A DNA stretch of 64,000 bases from Glaucostegus cemiculus (Eukaryota). Below are positions 24,745 through 37,989 of the stretch, one piece after another; position 1 is the first letter of the stretch, and the number at the start of each line of letters is the position of its first letter. The translations under genes were made by a program, and so were the position numbers. Where the stretch lies: the NCBI GenBank assembly GCA_976551045.1, contig CDPCPM010000247.1, forward strand, positions 2,542,001 to 2,606,000, in the 5' to 3' direction. Under the pieces are notes generated by a model, which saw nothing but the letters and a program-made list of their open reading frames with translations, did no database searches and was not told where the DNA came from.

Positions 24745-27375
24745 ACTCTAGAATCCTTGTGGGTAGAGTTAAGAACTGCAAGGGTAAAATGATGGGAATT
24801 ATATACAGGGTTCCAAATAGTAGCCAGGATGTGGGATACAAATTACAACAGGAAATAGAAGACATGTAAAAAGGGTAATGTTACAGTGGTCATAGGGGAC
24901 TTCAATATGCAGGTAGATGGGAAAATCAATTTGGTACTGGATTCCAAGAGAAGGAATTTGTAGAATGCCTACGAGATGGCATTTTAGAGCAGCTTATGGT
25001 TGAGCTCACTAGGGAAAAGGCAATTCTGGATTTGGTGTTGTGCAATTAACCAGATTTGATTAGAGAGCTTAAGGTAAAGGTAACTTAAGGAGGCAGTGGT
25101 CATAACATGATAGAATTCACCCTGCAGTTTGGGAGGGAGAAGCTAAAATTGGATCTATCAGTATTACACTCGAGAAAAGGTAACTACAGAGGCATGAGAA
25201 AGGAGCTGACCACTGTTGATTAGAAGGGGACCCTAGCAGGGATGACGGTAGAGCAGCAATGGCAGGAGTTTCCAGGTGCAATTCAGAAGATGCGGGATCA
25301 TTTCATCCCAAAGAAGAAGCATTCTAAAGGGAGAATGAGGCAACCATGGCTGACAAGGGGAGTCAAAGACAGCATAAAAGCAAAAGAGAGGGCATACAAT
25401 ATTGCAAAAATTAGTGGGAAGCTAGAGAATTAGGAAGCTTTTAAAAGCCAACAGAAGGCAACAAAAAAAGCAATAGGGGAGAAAAGATGAAATTTGAAGG
25501 TAAGCTAGCCAATAATATAAAAGTTTTAATACCAAAAGTTTTTTCAGATATATATAAAGAGCGATTGAGAGGCAAAAGTGGACATCAGACTGCTGGAAAA
25601 TGATGCTGGAGAGATAGTAATAGGGAACAAAAAAATGTCAGACAAACTGAATAAGTACTTTGCATCAGTCTTCACTCTGGAATTTACCAGCAACGTGCCA
25701 GAAATTCAAGAGAGTCAGGGGGCAGAAGTGAATTTAGTTGCTATTACTAAGGAGAAGGTGTTTGGGAAGCTGAAAGGTCTGAAGGTAGATAAGTCACCTG
25801 GACTGGATGGACTACACCCCAGGATTCTGAAGGAAGTAACTGAAGATTTTGTGGAGGCATTAGTAGTGATCTTTCAAGAATCAGTCAGGAATAAAGTCAG
25901 GAATGGTTCCAGAGGACTGGAAAATCACTAATGTCATTCCACTCTTTAAGAAGGGAGGGAAGCAAAAGACAGGAAGTTATAGGCCAGTTAGCCCAATTTC
26001 AGTGGTTGGTAAGATGTTAGAGTCAATTATTAAGGATGGGGTTTTGGAACTTGGAAGCTCATGATAAAATAGACCCAAGTCAGCATAGTTTCCTTAAGGG
26101 AAGATCTTGCCTGACAAATCTGTTGGAATTCTTTGAGGAAGTAACAAGCAGAATAGACAAAGGATAGTCAGTGGATGTTGTTTACTTGGATTTTCAGAAG
26201 GCCTTTGACAAGGTGCCACACATGAGGCTGCTAAACAAGATAGTAGTCCATGGTATTACAGGAAAGATACTTGCATTGGATAGAAGATTGGCTGACTGGC
26301 AGAAAGCAAAGAGTGGGAATAAAGGGGGCCTTTTCTGGTTGGCTGCCAGAGACTAGTGGTGTTCCACAGGGGTTGGTGTTGGGTGCGCTACTTTTCATGT
26401 TATATATAAATGATCTGGATGACAGAATTGAGGACTTTGTGGCCAAGTTTGTGGATAATACAAAGATACGTGGAGGGGAAGGTAGTGTTGAGGAAGCAGG
26501 GAATCTACAGAAGGACTTGGACAGGTTGGGAGAATGAGCAAAGAAGTTGCAGATGCAGTGTAGCATAGCGAAGTATATGATCATGCACTTTGATCAAAGG
26601 AATAAAGGTATAGACTATTTTCTAAATGGGGAGCGAATTCAGAAATCAGAGGTGCAAAGGGACTTGGCAGTTCTAGTGCAGCATTCCCAAAGGTTAACTT
26701 GCAGGTTGAGTCAGTAGGAAGGAAGGCAAATGCAATGTTAGCATTAATTTCAAGAGGACTAGAATATAAAAGCAAGGATGCAATGCTGAGGCTTTAGAAA
26801 GCAATGGTCAGACCACATTTTGGGGGTATTGTGAGCAATTTTGGGCTCCAAATCTAAGGAAGGATGTGTTGGCATTTGAGCGGGTCCAGGGGAGATTTAC
26901 AAGATTGATCCCAGGAATGAAATGGTTAACATATGAGGGCTGTTTGATGATTCTGGGCCTGTACTCACTGGAGTTTAGAAGAATGAGAGGGATCTCACTG
27001 AAACCTACAGAATATTGAAAGGCCTGGATAGAGTGGACATGGAGAGGATGTTTTCAGTAGTGGGAGCGTCTAGGACCAGAGGGCACAGCCTCAGAATAGA
27101 AGGACATCCCTTTAGAACAGAGATGAGGAGGAATTTCTTTAGCTAGAAGGTGGTGAATCTGTGGAATTCGTTGCTAAAGAGGGCTGTGGAGGTGAAGTCA
27201 TTGGATATATTTAAAGTGGAGGTTGATAGGTTCTTGATTAGTAAGGGCACCAAAGGTTTCTGGAAGAGAACAGGAGAATGGGGTTGAGAGAAAAATAAAT
27301 CAGCCATGATCGAATGGCAGAGCGGACTCGATGGCCCAAATGGCCGAATTCTGCTCCTATGTCTTATGGTCTTTA
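24745..27375 (+). mobile_element. CR1 LINE, ~2.6 kb (endonuclease C-terminus to 3' end), same subfamily as 1426-3713
   Basis: GDFN, KSPGLDGLHPRILKE, YLDFQKAFDKVPH and GVPQGLVLG; tail ctcctatgtcttatggtct; multiple stops. Confidence 0.92.
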
Positions 27376-29639
27376 TCAGCTTCCTTTGGTATATCTTGTT
27401 CAAATAATAAGACTCACCAACCAAAGAAAGCTACACAATGTCAGCAGGGTGTGGCCCTGGGCATCAACTCCACACTCCAGAGGGTCTGATCTCAAGGCAG
27501 CCAGTCAAAAATGGACAGAAAATCTCTTCCACCTAACTACTGACCTCTCCCTCAGCTAATAAACTGTGTGACTTTACTATGTTAAACCCTAGTTGGAAAC
27601 ACTGAGAACTAGGTCATGGAGTGCATTCTGGAAGGGGAAAATGAAAGAAAATATTTAACATTAGCCTTGCCTATTTACCCATCCATTTTTATATGGCAGT
27701 GTTAGTAGGGGTGACTACTACACATTCTCTGTGGATCTATGCTATTTCCACATTGATATTATCTTTCATTTTGCCCATAAGCAGAAAATGAATATTAAAA
27801 TAAAAAATACATTTTAAAAAAGCAGCCTAAGCCTCTCACCATTATGAGGATTTCTCCAACAAATATAATTTGGTAATCTGTTTGTGCAACAATAATATGC
27901 CATTTAATCCAAAAAGTATGTTCATGCTGTTTGTGTTTGCTGCTTCAATTTCTATGAAGGCAAATGAGCAAAATTTTATGCAATAAGACAATACAAATTA
28001 TTAAGCTATCTGGTTTCACAATGAATGAATGCTCAGGAAAACAGTTCTGATCTAATACACAAATTTAATACCTAATAACTGACATAATTATACTGTGCAA
28101 ATGTAAAAGAGCATAATATGTTCACACGTTACTGGGCCACTTCACAACTTTAACAAATGAATTTCTAACTTTTCCATACTGCAAGCTTCTCACACAGCCT
28201 TTTACTGCCCACTGTTTTCCAGCAACAGGTTTACTAAATGATTCCCTAACTATGTGTCATACTTCTTTACAGTTTTCAGGCATTAAAGGTTTGCCTGCTG
28301 CACCTACTGCTGAACATCAAGAAACTGTAAGGCCAAATACAATGCATGCAAGGCATTTACCTATCAATCAACTGAAATAATCAAACAGGTAAGAGTAAAT
28401 GCAAAAAATCAATCAAAGTTAGCTTATCAGTATTGTGGAATCGTTTACCAGCATTGTGATAAACCAAGTTTTAAAGCACCAGGCTAGATCTTATTGGTCC
28501 TCCTTCCTGGAATCACCATCTCTGCCACCCCAACTATTCCAACCCTGCCCTTATTTACTATGTCTGGATTCAGATGATCAATTGTGCTGGTCCATAGCAC
28601 TAGGACACCATGTGCTGTCTCAGTGGTAGCAGAATCCCTTACACCACCTTCTAAATACCCTTAAAAACTTGGGAGACCAGTTGGCTAGAAAATTTTAAAA
28701 AATATAAAAATTGAAGTAAATAATTAAAAATAATGATATTGAAAGCAAATAAATAAAGTACAATCACTTAAAAGCATAAGTAACTAAAATATTGTTATTG
28801 CAAAAAAACTTACCTTTTCCCTTGCCTCCATACCTGAAGTCCTGCAATCCCCATTGTAATCAAATACACCACTGATATTACACCAGGTTAAATCTGAGAA
28901 GCAATTCCCCATCCTAATATTGCAATAAATTCAAGATATGCCACAGATTATTATGATGGAAGGTTGGTGGTTCAGCAGAGGCACACATTGAATGCTGAAC
29001 TACCAACACTGACTTTCCCAGACATCCAAACATTCACTGCAGTGCCAAGCTCAGAATGTTTTGATGATTGCATTAGTGAACAGTCTGCAGATGGTGCCAA
29101 TGTGAGTTGGTGCATTTGAATGGCTGAAGTTTGGGAGTCCTCTGCCTCAGAAAGGAATGGGACCTCTGACTCAGTCTGGGCCTTGGGTGTTGAGCGGGAA
29201 GAAGCAAGGGGATTGAGGAGTAGGTCATTGGGTACATTCATAGCAGAGCAGCCAGACAGACTTGTAGCCAGACAGACATTGTACATAATAGACATTAAAA
29301 TTCTTAAATCAGTAGTTTGTGAATAGTACTCCAGGGATTTCACTGCTTTGTTATGTCTTTAGAGGGGTCCACCCTCATTTGAACTTCAACCCTTTTAGCA
29401 AGCTGCTACTGAACTATTAGAGCAGAATCAAATTAGTCCCATCCCTTGGTCTTAAGATCCATCATGTCTGTGGAACAAGTAAAAAGATAAGAAGAGGAAA
29501 GCAAGGGCAAATTTATGATCTCTAAATAAATAACTTTGGAGTATGAAAAAAACCCTTATCATCACATTCCTTGATGGATGCAACACTCTGACAGGATAGG
29601 GAAGTTGGAAAGAGTACATGACGGGAACACTACGATGGG

Positions 29640-32600
29640 TTTTTTTGTATTGGTTTATTATTGTCATTTGTACCAAGGTTCAGTGAAAAACTTATCTTGC
29701 ATTCAGTTTGTACAGATCAACTCATTACACAGTGCATTGAGGTAGTCAGAGTACATTGACGTAGTACAGGGTAAAAAGAAAAACAGAATACAGAGTAAGG
29801 TGTCACAGCTATAGGGAATTGCAGGTAAACAATAAAGTGCAGGGTCAAACAAGGTAGATTGTGAGGTCAGGAGTCCATCTCATCATATAAGTTCAATAGT
29901 CTTATCACCGTGGGATAGAAGCTGTCCTTGAGCCTGGTAGTATGTGCCCTCAGGCTCCTGTATCTTCTGCCTGATGGGTGAGGAGAGAAGAGTGAATGAC
30001 CTGGGTGGGAAAGGTCTGATTATGCTGGCTGCTTCACCAAGGCAGCTAGAGGTATAGACAGACTCCATGGAGGGGAGGATGGTTTCTGTGATGAGCTGGG
30101 TTGTGTCCACAATCCTCTGCAGTTTCTTGCAGTCCCGGGCAGAGCAGTTGCCATACCATGATGCATCCAGATAGGATGCTTTCTATGGTGCATTGATAAA
30201 AGTTGGTGAGTGTCAAAGGGGATATGCCAAATTTCTTTAGCCTCCTGATGAAGGAGAGGTGATGGTGAGCTTTCTTGGCTATGGCTTCTATGTGGTTGGA
30301 CCAGGACAGCCTATTGGCGATGTTCATTCCCAGGAACTTGAAGCTCTCAACCCTCTCGACCTCAGCACAATTGACGTAGACAGGTGCATGTACACCACCC
30401 CCTTTCCTGATGTCAATGACCAGCTCTTCTGTTTTGTTGACATTGAGGGAAAGGTTGTTATCATGATACCATGTCACCAACCTTTCTATCTCCTTCCTGT
30501 ACTCTGAGTCATTCTTATTTGAGATAGAGCCTACTACAGGGATATCATCTGCAAACTTGTAGATGGAGTTAGAGCGGAATCTGGCCATGCAGTCATGAGT
30601 ACATAGGGAGTAGAGTAGAGGACAGAGGACGCAGCCTTGTGGGGCACCAGTGTTGAGAATAATCGTGCTGGAGGTGCTGCTGCCTATCCTCACTGATTGC
30701 AGTCTGTTGGTCAGAGAGTCAATGATCCATTGCAGGAAGTGTTGACTCCCAGGTCTAGGAGTTTGGTGATGAGTTTGCTTGGAATTATAATATTGAGGGC
30801 AGAGCTGTAGTCAATAAACAACAGCCTAATGTAGGTGTCTTTACTGTCCAGATACTCCAGAGATGAGTGTAGGGCCAGGAAGATGGCATCCACTGTAGAC
30901 CTGTTACGGCAGTAGGCGAATTGCAGTGGGTCAAGGTTGTCTGGGAGGCTGGAGTTAATGAGTGCTATGACCAGCCTCTCAAAGCACTTTATGATGGTGG
31001 ATGTCAGAGTCACTGGTCAGTAGTCATTAAGGCATGTTACCTTGTTTTTCTTCGGTACTGGGATGATAGTGGTATTCTTAAAACAGGTGGGAACCTCAGA
31101 TTGAAGCAGGGAGAGGTTAAATATGTCTGCAAATACTCCTGACAGCTGTTCAGTACAAGATCTGAGCACACACCAGGGACACCATCTGGGCCAGATGCTT
31201 TCCTCGGGTTCACTCTCCGGAAGACTGGTTTTACATCCTCAATGGTGACCATGGGTTCAGTTGCATCGCAGGCTGTCAGGGTGGGTGGTGACAATCCATT
31301 TCCCTTTTCTTCAAAACATGTATAGAATGCATTAAGCTCATCAGGAAAGGATGCGCTGTTGTTACCTATGCTGCCGGACTACATTTTGTAGCTAGTTATA
31401 GCGTGTAAGCCCTGCCACAATTGACGGGTGGTCTGGAACTCTATTTTGAACCATTATTGTCTCTTGGCATTCCTGATAGCTTTCCAGAGATCATACCAAA
31501 GACGAAAAAACAGGTGTTCCCAAACAGGAAACCATGGATGAACCGGGAGAGCCACTCCCTAATGAAGGAGCAGACTGCTGCACACAAATCTGGTGATCCT
31601 GATCTGTATAAGAAATCGAGGTATGACCTTTGAAAATCTATCAAGGATGCCCAGAGGTAATACCAACTCAAAATAGTCCCTGACCAGCTGCCAGTTATGG
31701 CAGGGCTTACATGCCATAACAGGCTACAAGACAAAGTTGGGCTGCATAGCAAACAACAGTGCATCCCTTCTTGATGAACTTAGCACATTCTATGCATATT
31801 TTGAATAAAGGGGAAGTGGATTGTCACCATTCACCATGACAGCCACCAATGCAGCTGAACCTGTTATCACAGTCGAGGACATGAGATCAGTCTTCTGAAG
31901 AGTGAACGTGAGGAAAACACCTCCCCAATGTCAACAAAACAAAAGAGCTGGTCATTGACTTCAGGAAAGGAGGCAGTGTACATACACCTGTCTACATCAA
32001 TGGTGCTGAGGTCGCGAGGGTTGAGAGCTTCAAGTTCCTGGGAGTGAACATCACCAAAAGCCTGTCCTGGTCAAATCACGTTGATGCCATGGCCAAGAAA
32101 GCTCACCAGCACCTCTACTCCTCAGGAGGCTAAAGAAATTTGGTTTGTCCCCTTTGACCCTCACCAACTTTTACAGATGCACCATAGAAAGCATCCTATC
32201 TGGATGTATCACAGCTTGGTACGGCAACTGCTCTGCCCAGGACCGCAAGAAGCTGCACAGAGTTGTGGACACAGCCCAGCGCATCATGGACACCAGTCTC
32301 CCCTCCTTGGACTCTGTCTTTACCTCTCATTGTCTTGGTGGTAGCAGCCAGCATGATCAAAGACCCCACACACCCGGCACATTCTCTCTTCTCTCCCCTC
32401 CCATCGGGTAGAAGATACAGGAGCCTGAGGGCACATACCACCAGACTTAAGCTTCTACCCCACTGTGATAAGACTACTGAATGGTTCCCTTATATAATGA
32501 GATGGACTATGACCTCACAATCTATCTTGTTGTGATCTTGCACCTTATTGCACTGCACTTTCTCTGTAGCTGTGACACTTTACTCTGTAATGTTACTGTT

Positions 32601-33800
32601 TTTACCTGTACTACATCTATGCACTCTGTACTAACTCAATGCAACTGTACTGTGTAATGAATTGACCTGTACGATCTGTTTGTAAGACAAGCTTTTCACT
32701 GTATCTTGGTATAAGTGACAATAATAAACCAATAAACAAGTATCTCAATTTCTTGTAAAGGTCAAGGTCACCAGCTTTGTGCGCAGCAGTCCTCAACTTC
32801 AGTAAGGAGAGGATCTCCCAGTTCATCCATGGTTTCCAATTTGGGAACATTTGTGTTGTCCTCTTTGGTACACAGTCCTCAACACACTTGCTGTTAAGTC
32901 TGTGATGGTGGTGACATACTCATCAAGGCTGGCAGCTGAGTCTTTGAACATGGACCAGTCCACTGACTCAAAGCAGTTGCATAGAAGCTTGCCTATTGCC
33001 TCAGACCAGCACTGCACAACTCTCTGTACTAGATCCTCCCGTTTTAGTTTCTGTTTGTATGCAGGGATAAGGAGCACAGCCTGGTGGTCAGATTTACCAA
33101 AGTGAGGGTGAGGTGTGGCTCGGAAGGCATCTTTGATGGTTGTATAGCAATGGTCAAGGGTGTTAGGGCCGCTGGTGGGACAGGAGATATGCTGGTAGTA
33201 CTTTGGTATCACACTCTTGAGGATGTACTGGTTTAAGTCACCTGCAATAATGAAGAGGGCCTCAAGGTATCCTGTCTCAAGGTTGTTGACCACAGAATAT
33301 AGTTTACTGATTGCAGGCTTCATGTCCGTCTGGGGTGGAATGTAGACATGCCATCAGGATAGCTGAAGTGAACTCCCATGGCAGGTAGTATGGTCAACAC
33401 TTCACCATTAGGTATTCCAGACAGGGTAAGCTGGAGCTCACCAGGACCCTCATATCCAAGCACCACTTGCTATTGATTAAGAAGCCAACCTCTCTGCCTC
33501 TAACTTTGCCTGAGGACACTGTATGATCCATTCGGTGGATTAAAAAGCCCTCGGCTGAATGGCAGTCAGGTGAAGTGGGTGTGAGCCATGTTTCAGTGAA
33601 ACATAGCACACAGCAGTCCCTCAATTCTCTTTGATAGGTCAATCTTGCCCTTAGTTCATCAACTTTGTTCTCAATGGACTGGACGTTAGCAAGTAGTATG
33701 CTAGGTAGGGGGTTCTTGCTCTTCCAGCCTCACCTGAAGCCCAGCCCACTTACCACGCTTCTGAGGTAAGTGGCTGCAACTTATGATTTCTGCCCTTCAG
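29640..33800 (-). mobile_element. Near full-length Rex1/Babar LINE (host), interrupted at 31496-32740
   Basis: Minus ORFs give the endonuclease (CVLCFTETWL, IIAGDLN, TLDHCY, GKSDH) and RT ([35 protein letters not shown]); 3' tail aataataaaccaata at ~29645. Confidence 0.9.
31496..32740 (+). mobile_element. Second Rex1/Babar copy, opposite orientation, internally deleted, nested in the first
   Basis: Starts PKTKKQVFPNRKPWMN, jumps near 31925 to NVNKTKELVIDFRK, continues CTIESILSGCITAWYGNC and ends gacaataataaaccaata. Confidence 0.88.
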
Positions 33801-34065
33801 ATCTGCCTCAAATCCAATGCATTTCCTTGAGCTGGGATGTATCCTGATTACACATCAGGCTCCAGGTGGGATTTTTCACTGCCAAAAGAGAACTTTGCAG
33901 TGCAAAGTACCAGTATTCAAAGAAATGGTAGGAATCCCAAAAGCACACAAGATCTCAAATAAAGGCTCAGAGACCAGTGTCATAAACCAGATAAATACCT
34001 TGTTGTCAAATGAAGAGAAAGGAGAGGGCTACAACTGCTCTCAAAGCACAACCCTCTCAATCCTC

Positions 34066-34265
34066 TGGGGCAGCACATTGGCACAGTTTGTAGAGTTACT
34101 GCCTCAAACCTCAGTGACCCAGATTAGACCCTGCTTCTGGTGTTGTCTCCCATGTGACTGCATGGATTTCCCCTGGATGTCCCAGTTTTCTCTCACATTG
34201 AAAAAATGTCCTAATTGGTAAGTTGATTTTTGTAAATGGGTGCTTGATGGCCGGCATTGATTAAG
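34066..34265 (+). mobile_element. Old tRNA-derived SINE
   Basis: gggcagcacattggcacagtttgtagagttactgcctc head and a partial V core (ccatgtgactgcatggatttcccctggatg). Confidence 0.6.
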
Positions 34266-34439
34266 TGGAAGCAGGAGAAGGTGCTCTGCCATTCAATAAG
34301 ACTGCGGCACTTTTGTTTTACTTCAGTGCCATTTTCCTGCAAGAAATTATTTTTCAACTCTGTTTTAAATGGTCAAACCCCTGCTTTGAGAATGAACCAC
34401 TGGTTTCAGACAATCTAACCGGGAAAACATCAACTCTGC

Positions 34440-35460
34440 ATCTATCATGTCAAGCCACTGAAGAATTTTCTACCTTTTAATGAATAACCTCTCCTTCTAA
34501 TCTCTGAGAATTATGGGTCCAATCTGTTTATTCTGTTCTCATACTACTAACTCTCCCCTCTCATTCCTAGAAACAATCTGATGAACATTTGCTGCATTCC
34601 CTCTGCCACAAGTATCTCTCTCCTTGGATAGGGAAACACTGATTGCACAGAATATTGCAGGTGTGGCCTCACTGGATCCCTATGTAATTGGGAAAAGATA
34701 TCTCTACACTGGTACTAAAGTACACTTGCAATTAAGGCCAACATTTTATGCCTTCCTAACTGCTTGCTGTACTTGACTGTCAATCTTCAGTGATCCATGT
34801 AAAATAACACCTAAGTTTCTCTCTCTGCCATGTGCTCACCTCCATACCTCCAGGAAACTGTCTGCATCCTCCTCACAACCCAAATTAACATTCAGTTCTG
34901 TCACATCAACAAACATACATATTTTACATATGGTTCCTCTCATTGAAATCATTAAGAATGATTATGAACAGTTGGGACCCCAGTAGCCATCTCTGTAGTA
35001 CTTTTTTTTCCTCTTATTACCAATCCTCAACCTGTTCTCCAGTGTTGCTCAGCCACCCCATCCCCACCAAACTTCAATACAGTGAATATAGTGGTCTACT
35101 TTTGTTTAATTACCTCATATGGCATTTGATATTAAGACCATTTGAAAGTCCAAAAACACCACATCTATTCTATCCGTTAAAACTTCAAAAGCTGTAACAG
35201 ATTTGTCAAGCGTGATTTCATCATCATAAATTCAAATTTCCCTGCCAATTCTATTATTATTTTACATGCCATCTGTTTCCACTTCCTCAATAGATTCTAG
35301 TATTTCCCCACTATTGATGTCAGGCTATCGTCTCTAATTGCCCTTTTTTTTCTCTTCCTTCTTTCCTAAACAGTCTAAGTACACTTGCTACATTCCAAAC
35401 TGTGGGAAGTACTCTAGGGACTATGGAATTTGGATAACAACCAGTGCATCTACTCTCTGC
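34440..35460 (-). mobile_element. Highly decayed CR1 LINE
   Basis: Reverse-strand similarity to 1850-2990 (aatattgcaggtgtggcctcact, gatgtcaggcta..ctaatt). Confidence 0.6.
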
Positions 35461-35577
35461 AAAGCTAGTGATATATGGAAGTGATCACTATTTCCAAAGA
35501 GATATAAAATGGCCATTTGCTCCAGTACATGCATATAGTTTAAATAGTACATATTGTATAATAGTTACATTTCTTAC

Positions 35578-35730
35578 CTGTTCCATTCGTTAAGCAGGTT
35601 TTGTGCATTTTGCCCATGAAGAGTTCTAATCCTATAATGGCATAGATGATAATTACAAACAGCACCAACAAAGCAATGTGTAGCAATGGGACCATAGCCT
35701 TGATGATTGAGTTTAATACCACCTGGAGGC
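35578..35730 (-). CDS. CACNA1C: L-type Ca2+ channel alpha-1C coding exon (equivalent to human exon 6; domain I S4-S5 linker and S5)
   Basis: Encodes (S)[50 protein letters not shown]. Acceptor gtgttttcag|GC, donor ACAG|gtaaga; 153 nt, phase 1 to phase 1; joins the upstream exon in frame (A+GC = Ser). Confidence 0.96.
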
Positions 35731-35862
35731 CTGAAAACACAAAAAAGGTTTGCTTTTAGAGAATATGATGTTCATTTCAAAACTGCAATATTAATGATGA
35801 CAATTAATAAAAACTTAAAGGTTATTTTCTGAAATTAACTTATTCAATTAATTCAATATCTA

Positions 35863-36025
35863 AGACATGAGAGACTGCAGATTCTTGAATGTGGATCAAT
35901 AAACAATCTGCTGGAGGAGCTCAGCGAGTCGAACAGCACCTGTGGGGGGAAAGAAATAGGTGCTATTTTGGGTCGAAATCCTGCATTGGGACGGAGAGTT
36001 CCTCCAGAAGATTATTTGTTGCTCT
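35863..36025. mobile_element. Short PLE terminal remnant with ~26-bp inverted ends
   Basis: caataaacaatctgctggaggagctc (35897-35922) versus gagttcctccagaagattatttgttg (35996-36021). Confidence 0.65.
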
Positions 36026-37620
36026 CAATTCAGTATCAGGCTTGTCCAAACTCAATATTTCGAACTGAAGACTCAAGTATCTTAATATTTATACTTGTGC
36101 TGCTTCATGGATAAGAAATGGCTGTTTGAAGAAGCATTATTATGCAGATTAAAAGTATTTGTGACAAAGTGCTAAAATACTTATTAGAAATTACTAAACA
36201 CCTGAAATACAAAAAAAAGGTGAAATTAAGCATGTTGTCATTCTACCCCTTTTAAGAGCTCCTCAAATTATGGTAGAGTGCATTTTTCACAGTATGATTT
36301 CAGGCTTCACTGGCAAATTTCATTATTTCAGCCACTGAAACACCTCCTCAGGATTCAGGTTGCTAATGTTGCTATAAACCCCTTTCAAAATTTCTGCAAG
36401 GCCCCAAACATTTACTGATTTCAGGTAACCCTCTTTGCATCTGGGTTGGGTTCTCTTGTCTGTGAAAAAGGCAGACGATACAGAATCCTTGTGATTTCAG
36501 GACCAAAACTTTCCAATTATTCATCATTTTAATGAAAAACATAAAATATTTATTTTGAATCTAATTCGTCATATTTATTTTGAACTATATAAAAATTATT
36601 CTAATGCATATAAGCAATCAAGTACACAGCTTTTCTAAAGATATATTTGATTCTTTGAGAATTAATGTCAATGCAACAGAATAATTTTTGAATGTGTAGA
36701 ATTATTTTATAATTCATGAACACTAGAAAAAAACATAACCAAGTGACATGCAAAATATTTAATCACATTTTTGTCTCCTGAGATCTCACATTACTTCAAA
36801 TATTTCGGACTGCAGAATCGCAACAGTGATTTTTTTTTGTAAAATGAATTGGGGAGACCGTTAGGGAGAAGGAGATTACTAAAATGTTTTCACAAGAATA
36901 AGAGAAAATAATAATTAGGCAATGCAAGTCCCCTTCACAACGTAAACTGCAACTAAATCAAGCAAAACAGAGCAGTCCTTTCAGGATGCCTCAACAGCTA
37001 GTGTAAAAAGGCAAAATGTAAAAGGTGGGGAAGCCATGGTAATACAAATGGGTTTGAAGGGAGCAAGGAGGAAGGACCTCAGCTCAAAAAATCAGTTCGA
37101 GTTGATCTGTGAACTAGAAAGCAGCAAAAAAGAAAATGGTGTGTTTGCCAATAGGCACCCAAACAGTTGTAATATTTTAATTATGGAGAATTTTAATCTA
37201 TAAATAGACTGAACATACCAAATGAGCAGTACTAGAGTGGAAGACAAATTCATGGACTGGATACATGATGGTCTTATAGATCAGTATATTGAGGAACCAA
37301 CAAGGGAACAGGATATTTTAAATCCAATACTGTGCTGAGAAAAACTTTTGATAGTTAAGGGGCCTTTAGGGATCTTAACAAGATAGATTAAAAATGATGT
37401 AAGTGATATAGTTCAATCAGAAACTAGGTTCTTCAATCTGAATAAAGCAAACTACAAAGACGTAAGGCATAAATTCACCGTAGTGAATTAAGAAGCATGT
37501 TAAAAATAAGCAATAGTTAACATTTAAAGAATAAATAGATAATTTATAATATAAACCCCCATTAGGCACCAACAGGAATGGTGCTCCAGCCTTAGCTATT
37601 AGGAGATGTTATAGATTGTA

Positions 37621-37989
37621 GAGTTAAACACTGATAATCTAGCAAATTGGTGGAGCTGGATAACAGATTTTCTGGTCTATTGGATTTCATTTTTATTCAT
37701 GCCCCAGCACAAATTTAAAATTACTTTTTTTTATATATGTTGTGCAGTATTATAATAAAAATGCGTTACCAGGTCAGTTTAAATGGAGTACAGGAACTCA
37801 GTACCCAGTGAGAGGACATAGAGTGCTGGGACCTGGGCCCGGGGGATTGGACATGGAGCAAAGAAACTGGGGCCCTGGTGAGTGGAAAGGGTGCTTGGAA
37901 ACCAGGGCCCACTTTAGCAGTACAGAGTGAGACGGATGCCAAGTCGAGATTTCTGAATGATCAAATCGTAGCTTATTGGAGTTTTACTG
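37621..37989. mobile_element. pogo/Tigger-like MITE, same family as 9002-10396, opposite orientation
   Basis: TA|GAGTTAAACACTGATAATC ... GCTTATTGGAGTTTTACTG|TA; internal ctggggccctggtgagtggaaa is the reverse complement of the 9088-9262 repeat unit. Confidence 0.62.

Noticed and set aside
28972-29343. Overlapping 123-aa and 68-aa ORFs in non-repeat-looking sequence
   Set aside because: No recognisable domain or convincing splice context; length is within chance expectation.
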